From: Promethearchaeota archaeon
GTDB lineage: Archaea; Asgardarchaeota; Lokiarchaeia; Sigyniarchaeales; SOKP01
Direction: 5' to 3'
DNA: 64,000 nt
NCBI GenBank assembly: GCA_048938005.1
Contig: JBHLMQ010000009.1
Coordinates: forward strand, 41,271-105,270
Shown here: one piece after another, positions 36,771-47,097 of the stretch
How the letters are laid out: each line of letters starts with the position of its first letter
Numbering within the stretch: position 1 is the stretch's first letter
Made by a program: the position numbers and the translations under genes
The notes under the pieces: model-generated
The model's input: only the letters and a program-made list of their open reading frames with translations
What the model was told of the DNA's origin: nothing
Database searches by the model: none

Positions 36771-37646
36771 ATGTCCTACGATCTGTTTTTAGGATGTGTG
36801 ATTCCTGCAAGGTTACCTTACTTAGAAACTTCCTCAAGAAAAGTGTTTGAAAAGCTCGGAATTAAGCTAAATGATATTGAGGGTTTTTCTTGTTGTCCAG
36901 ACCCGACAGGTATAGAGCTACTTGATGAAAAAACTTGGTTAGCATTAGGAGCGAGGAACTTAAGCCTCTGTAATACTAATGGTGGTGTATTATCTTTTTG
37001 TTCTGGCTGTGTAGAAACATTAAAAGGAGTTAATTATGCGATTAATAAAGGTTCTCATGTTAAAGAAGAAATAAATAAAGTTTTAAAAAAAGTAGGAAAA
37101 TCTTACGATGGTAAAGTCGAAGTAAAGCACTTTGCTCAGGTACTTTATGAATATTTGGATAAAGTTAAGACATATATAGAAAAACCGTTAGATGGATTTA
37201 GAGTTGCTGTTCATTATGGATGCCATTATTTAAGACCTTCTGAAATTATCAATTGGGATGACCCTTTTGAACCAAAAACGATAGACGAAATAGTTAGAAC
37301 ACTTGGAGCAGAATCTGTAGAATATGAAATGAAAATGGAGTGTTGTGGGAATCCCGTTGAGAAATCTGATAAGGATTTATCGCTCTTAATGATTGACCAA
37401 AAGCTTAAGGCAATCCAGGAAGCAGGAGCAAATTGTGTTGTAGTTGTTTGTCCAGCTTGTTATCAACAATATGAATTTAATCAGAGGGAACTTAATAAGA
37501 GAAATGAATCTAATTATGAATTTCCTATATTTTATTTGTCAGAATTAGTAGCTTTAGCATTTGGTTTTAAGCCAGAAGAATTAGGGTTTAATTTCCATCG
37601 AATTAGACCAAGTAAATTATTTGAAAGTATTAATTTTACAATTTAA
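36771..37646 (+). CDS. hdrB: Heterodisulfide reductase subunit B
   Basis: FLGC, SCCP, CSGC, HYGCH.LRP, ECCG, CPAC: two CCG domains. Confidence 0.93.
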   Translation: MSYDLFLGCVIPARLPYLETSSRKVFEKLGIKLNDIEGFSCCPDPTGIELLDEKTWLALGARNLSLCNTNGGVLSFCSGCVETLKGVNYAINKGSHVKEEINKVLKKVGKSYDGKVEVKHFAQVLYEYLDKVKTYIEKPLDGFRVAVHYGCHYLRPSEIINWDDPFEPKTIDEIVRTLGAESVEYEMKMECCGNPVEKSDKDLSLLMIDQKLKAIQEAGANCVVVVCPACYQQYEFNQRELNKRNESNYEFPIFYLSELVALAFGFKPEELGFNFHRIRPSKLFESINFTI

Positions 37647-37676
37647 ATTTTTAAAAAAAAAAAGATTTGATAATAA

Positions 37677-38801
37677 ATGACAGAAGTTAAGCCCAAAAAA
37701 ACTATCCTAAAAGATGTTAAAATCTTCAAGAATCTTGAAGATGAAATTATCAAAACTAATAAATGCTGTGCATGTGGTGCGTGTGTGGCCTATTGCAGCT
37801 CACAAGGTTTTGATGTTATCAAAATGGAGGGATATACCCCTCGATTCATTTCAGATGCGAATGAGGAAAATTGTAAAGAATGTGGTCTTTGTTATTATAT
37901 ATGCCCTCAAACAGAGCCTTTAATGAAGCAAATAAATGAAGAATATCGTATTAAGGATGAGATTGGATATATTCAGGATGTGATTGCCGCAAAAACAACT
38001 GATGAAAAAATCAAAGAAATAGGACAAGATGGAGGTTTAGTTACAACACTTCTAATGTATTTATTTGATAAAAATAAAATTGATGCCGCGGTAGTATCCG
38101 AATACGATGAGAAATTACAACCTATTCCAAAAATTATCTATAATAAAGAAGATCTATTAAAATCTTCTGGAACTCGATATTCTATCTCATCAAATATCTT
38201 GGCATTAAAAGATCTTTATAGTATCGCTGAAGAAATAGTAGAAAAACATCACCAAATCTATGATATTAATCAAATTCGCATGGCTTTCGTAGGTACTCCT
38301 TGTCAATGCAGGGCAGTTAGAAAAATGCAACTTTTAAACATAAGCCCTACTCATGTTATTAAATATGTATTTGGCTTATTTTGTATGGAAAATTTTGATT
38401 ATGAAAAGTTATTCCAGCTTGTAAAAAAGGAAACTAATGAGGATCCCACAAATATAGCAAAGATGAATATCAAAAAGAATTTTTTCATAACTAATAAAGA
38501 AAATAAAGTTTATGAAGTCGAACTTAAAAAGTTTGATGATGCAGTACGAAATCATTGCCATGAATGTGATGAATTTACCAGCAGATTTGCAGATATCAGT
38601 TTTGGTGGTTCCGGGGCTGTTCAGCAAAATTCAATGGTAGTTATTCGTACAGAAAAAGGTCAGGATTTAATTAGAGATGTAATTATTGCTGGATATATTA
38701 ATAAATTTACTCCTAAGAAATCTACTATTGAAGAATGGAAAGCTAGTAAAATAGATTTATTTCGAAGAATGACAAATAACAAAATTAATAAACAAAAATA
38801 G
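37677..38801 (+). CDS. FrhB/FdhB-family (F420-interacting) flavoprotein with N-terminal ferredoxin domain
   Basis: CCACGAC, CKECGLCYYICP, GQDGGLVT, VGTPCQ, GLFCMENF, CHEC...ADIS.G. Confidence 0.85.
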   Translation: MTEVKPKKTILKDVKIFKNLEDEIIKTNKCCACGACVAYCSSQGFDVIKMEGYTPRFISDANEENCKECGLCYYICPQTEPLMKQINEEYRIKDEIGYIQDVIAAKTTDEKIKEIGQDGGLVTTLLMYLFDKNKIDAAVVSEYDEKLQPIPKIIYNKEDLLKSSGTRYSISSNILALKDLYSIAEEIVEKHHQIYDINQIRMAFVGTPCQCRAVRKMQLLNISPTHVIKYVFGLFCMENFDYEKLFQLVKKETNEDPTNIAKMNIKKNFFITNKENKVYEVELKKFDDAVRNHCHECDEFTSRFADISFGGSGAVQQNSMVVIRTEKGQDLIRDVIIAGYINKFTPKKSTIEEWKASKIDLFRRMTNNKINKQK

Positions 38802-40115
38802 GTGACAAATTTGGGAGAAAATTCAAAATCAGTTCTCATTATTGGAGCAGGAATTGCTGGTATCCAAGCAGCATTAGATTTAGGGGATATGGGAATACAA
38901 GTTCATTTAATTGAGAAACAACCTTGTATTGGAGGAAGAATGGCTCAATTGGATAAAACCTTCCCTACACTTGATTGTTCAATTTGTATCCTTGCTCCTA
39001 AACTTTCAGAATGTTATAGACATCCTAATATTACGCTTCATACCCTTTCAGAAGTTCAGAAGGTAGAAGGGTCAGTTGGTAATTTTACTGTTGATGTCCT
39101 TAAGCACGCACGGTATATTAAGGAAGACGTCTGTACGAATTGCGGTGATTGTGGCACCATTTGTCCAGTAAGAGGTATAACTAACTTCTTTGATGCTAAT
39201 TTAGCTACTCAATCAGCTGCCCATATTGCCTTTCCTGCAGCGGTACCTGCAGCTTATAGTATCGATCCAAGTAAATGTTTATATTTAAATTATGGAATAT
39301 GCGGATTATGTTATCAAAATTGTGGTGCGGATGCTATTGATTTCACGCAAAAAGATTCAGTGCTTACTTTAAATAATGTTGGAGCAATTATAGTTGCTAC
39401 TGGTTTGGATTTAGCAGAGGATATCCATACCTTAAATATATATGGCTATCAAAAATATGATAATGTAATCACAGCAATGGAACTTGAGAGATTAATTTGC
39501 GCTTCAGGACCACAGGCAGGTCATTTAAGCAGATTATCTGATGGGAAGCATCCTAAAAAAATAGCTTTCCTTCAATGTATTGATTCAAGGTCTCAAAAAG
39601 GACAAATGTATTGTTCATCTATTTGTTGTATGTATACAACAAAAGAGGCAATGATAGCATACGAACATGATAATGAATTAGAATCTTATGTTTTTTATAT
39701 CGATATGAGAGCAGGCGGTAAAGGTTTTCAAAAGTTTCTACAAAGAGGAGCAAAAGAGTATAATATTAAATATATTAAAAGTAAAATTTCGCATATTGAA
39801 GTTGATGAGAATGAAAATCCAATCATCACCTATGAAGATTATGAGACATCTGAAATAAAACAATTAAAAGTAGATTTAGCTGTTTTAGCTACATGTATAA
39901 TCCCATCAAGAGGGATTTATGAATTAGCAGATGTTTTAGGGATTGATTTAAATCATTATGATTTTGTAAAAACGAATCCATTTATGCCTGTAGAAACTAG
40001 TGTAGAAGGAATTTATACTTGTGGATGTGCTCGCGAACCAATGGATATACCTCGTTCCGTTGCAGAAGCAAGTGGAGCAGCAGCACGAGCGGCAGAAGTA
40101 ATTAAAGGAGGTTAA
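38802..40115 (+). CDS. hdrA: HdrA-like flavoprotein, first part of a split tandem HdrA
   Basis: IGAGIAG, LDKTFPTLDCSIC, inserted ferredoxin, ELERL, YCSSICCMY. Confidence 0.88.
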   Translation: MTNLGENSKSVLIIGAGIAGIQAALDLGDMGIQVHLIEKQPCIGGRMAQLDKTFPTLDCSICILAPKLSECYRHPNITLHTLSEVQKVEGSVGNFTVDVLKHARYIKEDVCTNCGDCGTICPVRGITNFFDANLATQSAAHIAFPAAVPAAYSIDPSKCLYLNYGICGLCYQNCGADAIDFTQKDSVLTLNNVGAIIVATGLDLAEDIHTLNIYGYQKYDNVITAMELERLICASGPQAGHLSRLSDGKHPKKIAFLQCIDSRSQKGQMYCSSICCMYTTKEAMIAYEHDNELESYVFYIDMRAGGKGFQKFLQRGAKEYNIKYIKSKISHIEVDENENPIITYEDYETSEIKQLKVDLAVLATCIIPSRGIYELADVLGIDLNHYDFVKTNPFMPVETSVEGIYTCGCAREPMDIPRSVAEASGAAARAAEVIKGG

Positions 40116-40122
40116 AAAGATT

Positions 40123-41802
40123 TTGTCTGAAAAAGAAGAAAAACCTAGAATTGGAGTTTTTGTCTGTTCTTGTGGAACTAATATTGGAGGTCTTATAGAT
40201 GTTAAAGCTCTTGCTGATTATGCTAAAACTCTGCCGAATGTAGTATTTACTGAGGATAATCTATATACCTGTTCGGAATCAGGTTTAGCACAAATTAAAA
40301 ATGGAATAAAGGAGCATAATTTGAATAGAGTTATTGTTGCCTCATGTACTCCAAGAACTCATGAACCTTTATTCCGAGATTGTGTTGAGGAAGAAGGAGT
40401 AAATGAGTATCTTTTTAATTTTGTAAATATAAGGGACCAGAATACATGGTGCCATCAGAAATATCCAGAAGAGGCATTTGATAAGGCCAAAGACTTAATC
40501 CGTATGGGTGTAGCAAAAGCGGCTAAACTTGAAGCACTTGAAAATATAACTGTTGATGCTACTTCAACTGCATTAGTAATTGGTGGCGGTGTTTCAGGAA
40601 TGACTGCCGCACTTAGTTTGGCAAATCAAGGATTTGAAACACATTTAGTTGAAAGAGAAAATGAGTTAGGTGGAAGGCTAAGAACACTTTATAAATTATT
40701 TCCAAATGATCAGGAAGCAGAGTTACTATTGGATAACCTAAAGAAAAATGTTGAAAGTAATCCAAACTTAACTATTCATCTCTCTAGCCAAGTTAAAAGT
40801 GTAGAGGGATTTATTGGGAATTATGATGTAGAAGTAGAAGAAAAAGGGAGTAATAATAAGATATCTATTGGTGTTATTCTTGTAGCTGTTGGATCTTCAC
40901 TTCTTACGCCTACTGGAATGTATGGTTACGATGGTAAAACCCGAATTACTCAGCATGAACTAGAAGCCAAATTAAAAAATAATGAAGTTAAAGCAAAGGA
41001 TGTAGTAATGATCCAGTGTGTGGGGTCTCGCAATGAGGAAAGAGCTTACTGTTCAAATGTTTGTTGTATGACTGCCTTAAAAAATGCTCTTATTATAAAG
41101 GAGAACAATCCTGAGACTAATGTAACCATACTCTTTAGAGATTTATATACTCCTGGGACAAATTATGAAGATTATTATAGAAGGGCGCGAGAAGAAGGAA
41201 TTATTTTTATGGAATATAATAATGAGAAAAAACCCCTAGTAGAAGAAAATCAAATAAAATTTTATAATGAGTACTTAGGAGAGGAAATGATCCTTCCTTA
41301 TGATCTTCTTGTGTTGTCAACACCCTTAGTTGCGAATAATGATAATAAAGCACTTGCCCAAATGTTAAAGGTGCCATTAGAAGAAAACCAATTCTTTTTA
41401 GAAGCTCATGTAAAGCTTCGTCCGATGGATTTTGCTACGGATGGAGTTTTTATCTGTGGTTCAGCGAAATGGCCAGTTGATATAACAGAATCCATAACCC
41501 AAGGCTATGCAGCAGCATCAAGAGCAAGTACAATAATATCTCATGACACAATAGAGGTTGAAGGTGCAACTTCATTCTTACCCGATTATAATAAAGCCCT
41601 ATGTAGTGGTTGTGAAGTATGTATAACTGTCTGTCCCTATAAAGCAATTAGAAAGAATGAGGAGGATGAGATCGAAATAACTCAAGTGCTTTGTAAGGGA
41701 TGTGGTGTGTGCGGCGCAACTTGTACAAATCATGCCATAATAATTAGACATTTTACAGATGAGCAGATATTATCTGAAATTTATGCATTTGGAGGTAAAT
41801 AA
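40123..41802 (+). CDS. hdrA: HdrA-like flavoprotein, second part of a split tandem HdrA
   Basis: RIGVFVCSCG, VASCTPRTHE, IGGGVSG, CVGSR..YCSNVCC, EAHVKLRP, C-terminal 2x[4Fe-4S]. Confidence 0.88.
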   Translation: MSEKEEKPRIGVFVCSCGTNIGGLIDVKALADYAKTLPNVVFTEDNLYTCSESGLAQIKNGIKEHNLNRVIVASCTPRTHEPLFRDCVEEEGVNEYLFNFVNIRDQNTWCHQKYPEEAFDKAKDLIRMGVAKAAKLEALENITVDATSTALVIGGGVSGMTAALSLANQGFETHLVERENELGGRLRTLYKLFPNDQEAELLLDNLKKNVESNPNLTIHLSSQVKSVEGFIGNYDVEVEEKGSNNKISIGVILVAVGSSLLTPTGMYGYDGKTRITQHELEAKLKNNEVKAKDVVMIQCVGSRNEERAYCSNVCCMTALKNALIIKENNPETNVTILFRDLYTPGTNYEDYYRRAREEGIIFMEYNNEKKPLVEENQIKFYNEYLGEEMILPYDLLVLSTPLVANNDNKALAQMLKVPLEENQFFLEAHVKLRPMDFATDGVFICGSAKWPVDITESITQGYAAASRASTIISHDTIEVEGATSFLPDYNKALCSGCEVCITVCPYKAIRKNEEDEIEITQVLCKGCGVCGATCTNHAIIIRHFTDEQILSEIYAFGGK

Positions 41803-41803
41803 A

Positions 41804-42565
41804 ATGAATTTTGAACCAAAAATTCTGGGATTTTTATGTAATTGGTGCTGTTATGCAGGAGCAGATCTTGCTGGAGTCTCACGTATGCAATATCCTCCAA
41901 ATATCCGAGTTATTCGTATTATGTGTTCTGGAAGGGTTGATCCTAAATTTATTTTCGAAGCTCTAAGAGTAGGAGCTGATGGAGTCTTTATTGGAGGCTG
42001 TCATTTAGGAGATTGCCACTATCTAGAAGGTAATTATGAAGCCGTGAAAAAGTTTGAAATGACACAAAAATTCCTCAAAATTATAGATTTTGATAATAGA
42101 GTAAGGTTAGAATGGGTATCTGCTTCGGAAGGTGCTAGATATGCAGCAGTAATTAAAGAATTTACAGAACATATAAAATCATTAGGACCATCACCTGCCG
42201 GAGGAGATAATCCCGATCCAGAAATTCTTGAGAAATTGAGAGCAATGGAGGAAGCTGCTGGAAGTGACCGATTGAGAGCACTTGTAGGAAGGGAAAGAAA
42301 GATCACCGAGGAAGAAAATGTCTATGGAGAGAAAGTGCCACTAGAAAAATTTAATGAGATTTTTGATTCGGCAATTATAGAAGAATATGAACGAAATAGA
42401 ATTTTAGTTTCATTAGAGAAGAATAGCAGATCAATAAAGGATTTAGCAACTGAATTAGAAATAGATCCAAGTATTGTATTAGAACATATTACAATTTTAA
42501 AAACTCGAGGTTTAGTTGACTTTGGAGAATTCGTTGGAATAACTCCAATGTTTCATAAAATGTAA
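41804..42565 (+). CDS. mvhD: MvhD/FlpD [2Fe-2S] subunit with C-terminal helical and winged-helix extension
   Basis: FLCNWCCYAGADLAG, MCSGRV, GCHLGDCHY, SASEG, plus ~120 extra aa; ATG at 41804 follows a GGAGG SD. Confidence 0.88.
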   Translation: MNFEPKILGFLCNWCCYAGADLAGVSRMQYPPNIRVIRIMCSGRVDPKFIFEALRVGADGVFIGGCHLGDCHYLEGNYEAVKKFEMTQKFLKIIDFDNRVRLEWVSASEGARYAAVIKEFTEHIKSLGPSPAGGDNPDPEILEKLRAMEEAAGSDRLRALVGRERKITEEENVYGEKVPLEKFNEIFDSAIIEEYERNRILVSLEKNSRSIKDLATELEIDPSIVLEHITILKTRGLVDFGEFVGITPMFHKM

Positions 42566-42577
42566 GGGGGTTAAAAT

Positions 42578-45500
42578 ATGGAAAAAGTAGGAGCTGTCAT
42601 GATTGTAGGCGCTGGAATAGGGGGATCCCAAGCAGCGCTAGATTTGGGAGATTCTGGTTATAAAGTTCATTTAATTGAATCAACAACGAGTATCGGTGGG
42701 GCAATGGCCCAATTAGACAAAACTTTTCCCACAAACGATTGCGCTATGTGTATCGTTAGTCCAAAATTAGTTGAAACAGGTCGCCACCAAAACGTCGATT
42801 TAAGTATTAATTGTGAGGTTTTAAATGTCTCTGGAGAGGCAGGAAACTTCACAGTAAAAGTAAAAAAGAATTCGTTATTTATTAATCCAGATAAATGCAC
42901 GGGTTGTGGAGTTTGTGGCCGTAATTGCCCTGTTGAGGCAATTGATATTTTCAATGAAGGACTAGCAAAATATGCTGCCACATCTGTGAAGTATCCTCAA
43001 GCAGTTCCACTTGTTTATGCAATCAATAAAGATTATTGTATAGGTTGTGGAGTTTGTGCTGGTGTTTGTAAAGCCAAAGCAGTAGAATACGACCGAGAGG
43101 ATAAAATTGTAGACATTAATGTTGGTGCCATAGTATTGGCACCTGGTTTTGATGAGTATATTCCTCCAGAAGTTAATAAATATGGTTATGGCAACAATAA
43201 AAACGTTGTAACGAGTATTGAGTTTGAACGTATATTAAGTGCAAGCGGTCCTTATGCTGGAAGAGTTTTGAGACCTTCCGATGGAGATATTCCAGAAAAG
43301 GTTGCATTCCTCCAATGTGTAGGATCACGAGATTATTCGGGAGAGGGACAACCATATTGTTCTTCTGTATGTTGTATGTATACAGCAAAAGAAGCAGTGA
43401 TTGCTCATGAACATCAACATCAAGTAAAACCAACCATTTTTAGCATGGATATAAGAGCATATGGAAAAGATTTTGATAAGTATATTATTAGAGCTCAAGA
43501 AGAATATGGTATCAGGTACATTAGGAGCAGAATTTCTTCTATAACCGAAATCCCTGAGACAAAGGATTTAAGGCTTAGCTATGAAACAGAAGATGGGAAA
43601 GTTGTAGAGGAAACTTATAATATGGTTGTTTTAGGTGTAGGGTTAAATCCTCCAAATGATGCGAAATATCTTGCTGAGAAATTTGGAATTGAACTAAATG
43701 AATATGGGTTTGCGAAAACAGAGATCTATAATCCTGTACAAACTTCTAGACAGGGGATTTTTGCATGTGGAGCATTTTCTCAACCAAAAGATATCCCTGA
43801 AACAGTAACCCAAGCAAGTGCTGCTGCCGGATGTGTCAATCAGCTTTTATATGAGAAAAGGGGCACTTTAATAACAGAAAAAACATTACCTCCAGAAATT
43901 TTTGTTGCCGGACAACCCCCGAGAATCGGAGTGTTCATCTGTCATTGCGGGATTAACATTGGAGGTTATGTAGATGTTCCAGAAGTGACTAAATATGCGA
44001 GTACTCTCCCAAATGTAGTTATGGCAGATCGAAATTTATATACTTGTTCTGCTGATACTCAGGGAATAATAAAAGAAAAAATAGAAGAATATCATTTAAA
44101 TCGTGTAATTGTTGCCTCATGTACTCCGAGAACACATGAACCATTATTTCAGGAAACTATTAGAGAAGCAGGATTAAATAGATACCTCTTTCAGATGGCC
44201 AACATTCGAGATCAGTGTTCCTGGGTTCATATGAACCAACCCGAAGAAGCTACACAGAAAGCAAAGGATCTCGTGAGGATGGCTGTGAATAAGGCTAGAA
44301 GAATTGCGCCAATAGATAGAATAAAGCTCGGAGTAACAAAGAAGGCCATGGTCATAGGTGGAGGTATTAGCGGTATGGTTGCTGCTCTTAATTTTGGAAC
44401 CCAAGAAATTGAGACTTATTTAATTGAAAAAGAAGCAGAATTAGGAGGTTTTGCTAGACATATTTACCATACCCTTGAAGGAGGGGATGTTCAAGCTTAT
44501 TTAGAAGACTTAATTGATAAAGTGAAAGCCAATAAATTTATCCATGTATATACTAACGCTGAAATTGAAAGTATAGATGGATATATTGGAAATTTCAAAA
44601 CAACTGTAGCTTATGGTCCTAAGAAAGATAGAGTTGAATTTGACCATGGTGTTGTTATTGTGGCTACAGGTGCTAAAGAATATAAACCGAAAGAATTTCT
44701 TTATGGTCAAAATAAAAATGTAATTTTACAATCTGAGTTTGAAGAAATCTTAAATACTAATGGAAAAATCAAAGATAAAAAATCAATTGTAATGATTCAA
44801 TGCGTAGGTTCTAGAAACGATGAACATCCATATTGTAGTAAAATGTGTTGCGCAGAAGCTATTAAGAACGCATTGTTAATTAAAGAATTAAATCCATCAA
44901 GTGAAGTTATAGTTCTATTTCGAGATATTAGAACTTATGGATTTAAAGAAAAATATTATAGAAAAGCAAGAGAAGCAGGAGTAATATTTATTCGATATGA
45001 TGAAAATAATCCTCCTGAAATTATTCCTGTGAATTCATCATTAAAGGTGAATGTTAGAACTCCAACAGCAGGTGAGTTATCTTTACCTGCCGATTTATTG
45101 GTATTGAGTGCTGGAATTGTAGCATCTCATGAGGAAAATGAGGAACTTGCTAAGATGTTAAAAGTTCCATTAAATGATGATAATTTTTATTTAGAAGCCC
45201 ATGTTAAGCTTCGTCCAGTTGATTTTGCCACCGAAGGTGTGTTTGTTGCGGGGCTAGCACACTGTCCAAAAACTATTGAAGATTCAATTTCACAAGCTAA
45301 TGCTGCTGTTTCAAGAGCATGCACTATTCTCTCCAAAGACGAGATTGAAGCAGAAGGTAAAACAGCAGTTATTGATATGGCTCGTTGTATCGGTTGCGGT
45401 ATGTGTATAGAGAATTGTGCTTATAATGCGATAGACTTAATTGAGGATAGAAGATTCGGCCTCGTAGCGTCTATTAATCAGGCATTATGTAAAGGATGTG

Positions 45501-45595
45501 GAGCTTGTAGTGGGAATTGTCGATGTAGTGCCATCGATATTTTAGGTTTTACAAGTGAACAAATATATGAAATGATAACAGGTCGTATAGGTTAA
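42578..45595 (+). CDS. hdrA: Fused tandem HdrA (two FAD domains, 1005 aa)
   Basis: VGAGIGG...LDKTFPTNDCAMC...PKDIP, then RIGVFICHCG...IGGGISG...EAHVKLRP and a C-terminal ferredoxin. Confidence 0.92.
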   Translation: MEKVGAVMIVGAGIGGSQAALDLGDSGYKVHLIESTTSIGGAMAQLDKTFPTNDCAMCIVSPKLVETGRHQNVDLSINCEVLNVSGEAGNFTVKVKKNSLFINPDKCTGCGVCGRNCPVEAIDIFNEGLAKYAATSVKYPQAVPLVYAINKDYCIGCGVCAGVCKAKAVEYDREDKIVDINVGAIVLAPGFDEYIPPEVNKYGYGNNKNVVTSIEFERILSASGPYAGRVLRPSDGDIPEKVAFLQCVGSRDYSGEGQPYCSSVCCMYTAKEAVIAHEHQHQVKPTIFSMDIRAYGKDFDKYIIRAQEEYGIRYIRSRISSITEIPETKDLRLSYETEDGKVVEETYNMVVLGVGLNPPNDAKYLAEKFGIELNEYGFAKTEIYNPVQTSRQGIFACGAFSQPKDIPETVTQASAAAGCVNQLLYEKRGTLITEKTLPPEIFVAGQPPRIGVFICHCGINIGGYVDVPEVTKYASTLPNVVMADRNLYTCSADTQGIIKEKIEEYHLNRVIVASCTPRTHEPLFQETIREAGLNRYLFQMANIRDQCSWVHMNQPEEATQKAKDLVRMAVNKARRIAPIDRIKLGVTKKAMVIGGGISGMVAALNFGTQEIETYLIEKEAELGGFARHIYHTLEGGDVQAYLEDLIDKVKANKFIHVYTNAEIESIDGYIGNFKTTVAYGPKKDRVEFDHGVVIVATGAKEYKPKEFLYGQNKNVILQSEFEEILNTNGKIKDKKSIVMIQCVGSRNDEHPYCSKMCCAEAIKNALLIKELNPSSEVIVLFRDIRTYGFKEKYYRKAREAGVIFIRYDENNPPEIIPVNSSLKVNVRTPTAGELSLPADLLVLSAGIVASHEENEELAKMLKVPLNDDNFYLEAHVKLRPVDFATEGVFVAGLAHCPKTIEDSISQANAAVSRACTILSKDEIEAEGKTAVIDMARCIGCGMCIENCAYNAIDLIEDRRFGLVASINQALCKGCGACSGNCRCSAIDILGFTSEQIYEMITGRIG

Positions 45596-45612
45596 TAATA
45601 AGAGGTTTAAAA

Positions 45613-46065
45613 ATGACTGAAACAGTTTTGGAAGAAAAGAAAGTTGATGAAAAATGGGAACCAAAGATCATAGCATTCTTATGTAACTGGTGTTCTTATG
45701 CCGGCGCAGATCTTGCTGGTGTTAGTAGAATTCAATATCCTCCAAATATAAGAATCGTCAGAGTTCCCTGTTCTGGAAGGGTCAATCCCTATTTTATTAT
45801 AAAGAGTTTAACAGATGGATGGGATGGTGTTCTAGTTTCCGGATGTCATCCTGGTGATTGTCATTATATCAGTGGAAACTTAGTCGCTCGAAGACGTTTT
45901 GCAATATTAAAAGAACTTTTAGAATTTTTTGGGATTGAACCTGGTAGGATTAATTTTATGTGGGCTTCTGCGGCTGAAGGTGAACGTTTCGCAACTTTAG
46001 TTAAGAAAGCCACAAATATAGTAAAAAAATTAGGACCAAACACAAAATTTCAAAAGAAGTGGTGA
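45613..46065 (+). CDS. mvhD: MvhD/FlpD [2Fe-2S] subunit
   Basis: FLCNWCSYAGADLAG, PCSGRV, GCHPGDCHY. Confidence 0.92.
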   Translation: MTETVLEEKKVDEKWEPKIIAFLCNWCSYAGADLAGVSRIQYPPNIRIVRVPCSGRVNPYFIIKSLTDGWDGVLVSGCHPGDCHYISGNLVARRRFAILKELLEFFGIEPGRINFMWASAAEGERFATLVKKATNIVKKLGPNTKFQKKW

Positions 46066-47081
46066 TAAAAGTGGGTATTGAAGCTGAAAATAAGGAAATT
46101 GAAAATTCAATAAGAGAGAATGCAAAAAAATTATTTAGTGAAAATCAAGTTGATGTAGTAATTGGATATTCTCAAGGTACAGTACCATTGAGTTCGACCC
46201 CAATTATAATTAGAAAAGAAGAAGATGTAAACAAATTAACTTGGAATAATTTATGTTATATGAATTTAGCGAGATATCTAGCCCCTTTAATGCCCCAGCT
46301 TTGTGATTCAGAAGGGAACTCATTAAGAATCGGAATAGTAGCTAAAGGGTGTGTTGGTCGGGCAATAAACCTATTAGCTGTGGAGAAACAAGTGAATCTG
46401 GATAATATAAAGATGATTGGGTTTAATTGCAATGGAATTGTGAATAGAAGTAAAATCGATATAGAGATTGGAGAAAAAGAGATTCTTGATTTTTCCATAT
46501 CTGGAGATGATATTATTGTGAAAGGGAAAGACTGGGAGAAAAAATTTCCCTATAAACAATATATTAATGAACTATGTAAGGTATGTCAAGTAAAATCTCC
46601 TTCTACTAATGATGCAAATTGTATAGGTGAATGTAAAGAACTTGAATCCATACACGACGAATTTTCAGATATCACTGATTTTGAAGCTAAATCTGCTGGG
46701 GAAAAATGGGATTATATTAAAGAAATTTTGCAGGTTTGCACTCTTTGTTACAGTTGCCGTCAAGCATGTCCCGCTTGCTACTGTAACCTTTGTTTTGTAG
46801 ATCAAAATATGCCTATATGGTTTGGCAAAACTACTGAGTACCAAGATATATTTACATTTCATTTAATTCGAGCAACACATTTAGCAGGTAGATGTGTAGC
46901 CTGTGGAGCATGCTCATCAGTATGTCCCGTAGGTATAGACCTGAACTTTATCACAAGGAAATTAGAGAAAATCGTGAAAGAACGATTTGATTATACTTCG
47001 GGGCTCAACGCTGAACGAGTTCCTCCAATGATGGATTTTAAAATGGAGGATGCAGAAGAATTTATGTTGGAGGAAGATTAA
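46059..47081 (+). CDS. Flx-type (FlxC/D-like) Fe-S protein
   Basis: VIGY, AKGC, CKVC, CTLCYSCRQACPACYC..C, HLAGRCVACGAC..VCP; position in the hdr-flx gene order. Confidence 0.75.
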   Translation: MVIKVGIEAENKEIENSIRENAKKLFSENQVDVVIGYSQGTVPLSSTPIIIRKEEDVNKLTWNNLCYMNLARYLAPLMPQLCDSEGNSLRIGIVAKGCVGRAINLLAVEKQVNLDNIKMIGFNCNGIVNRSKIDIEIGEKEILDFSISGDDIIVKGKDWEKKFPYKQYINELCKVCQVKSPSTNDANCIGECKELESIHDEFSDITDFEAKSAGEKWDYIKEILQVCTLCYSCRQACPACYCNLCFVDQNMPIWFGKTTEYQDIFTFHLIRATHLAGRCVACGACSSVCPVGIDLNFITRKLEKIVKERFDYTSGLNAERVPPMMDFKMEDAEEFMLEED

Positions 47082-47097
47082 AAAGGTGAACTAAAAA

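Noticed and set aside
41759-41803. Upstream start for mvhD given in the track
   Set aside because: It overlaps hdrA; ATG 41804 has a GGAGG SD and matches the MvhD N-terminus (FEPKI).
38802-46065. Selenocysteine recoding or SECIS in HdrA and MvhD, which are known Lokiarchaeia selenoprotein families
   Set aside because: The ORFs have no in-frame TGA; the relevant motifs (DCSIC, DCAMC, CNWC, GDCHY) use Cys codons. The TGA at 46063-46065 is a normal stop overlapping the next gene.
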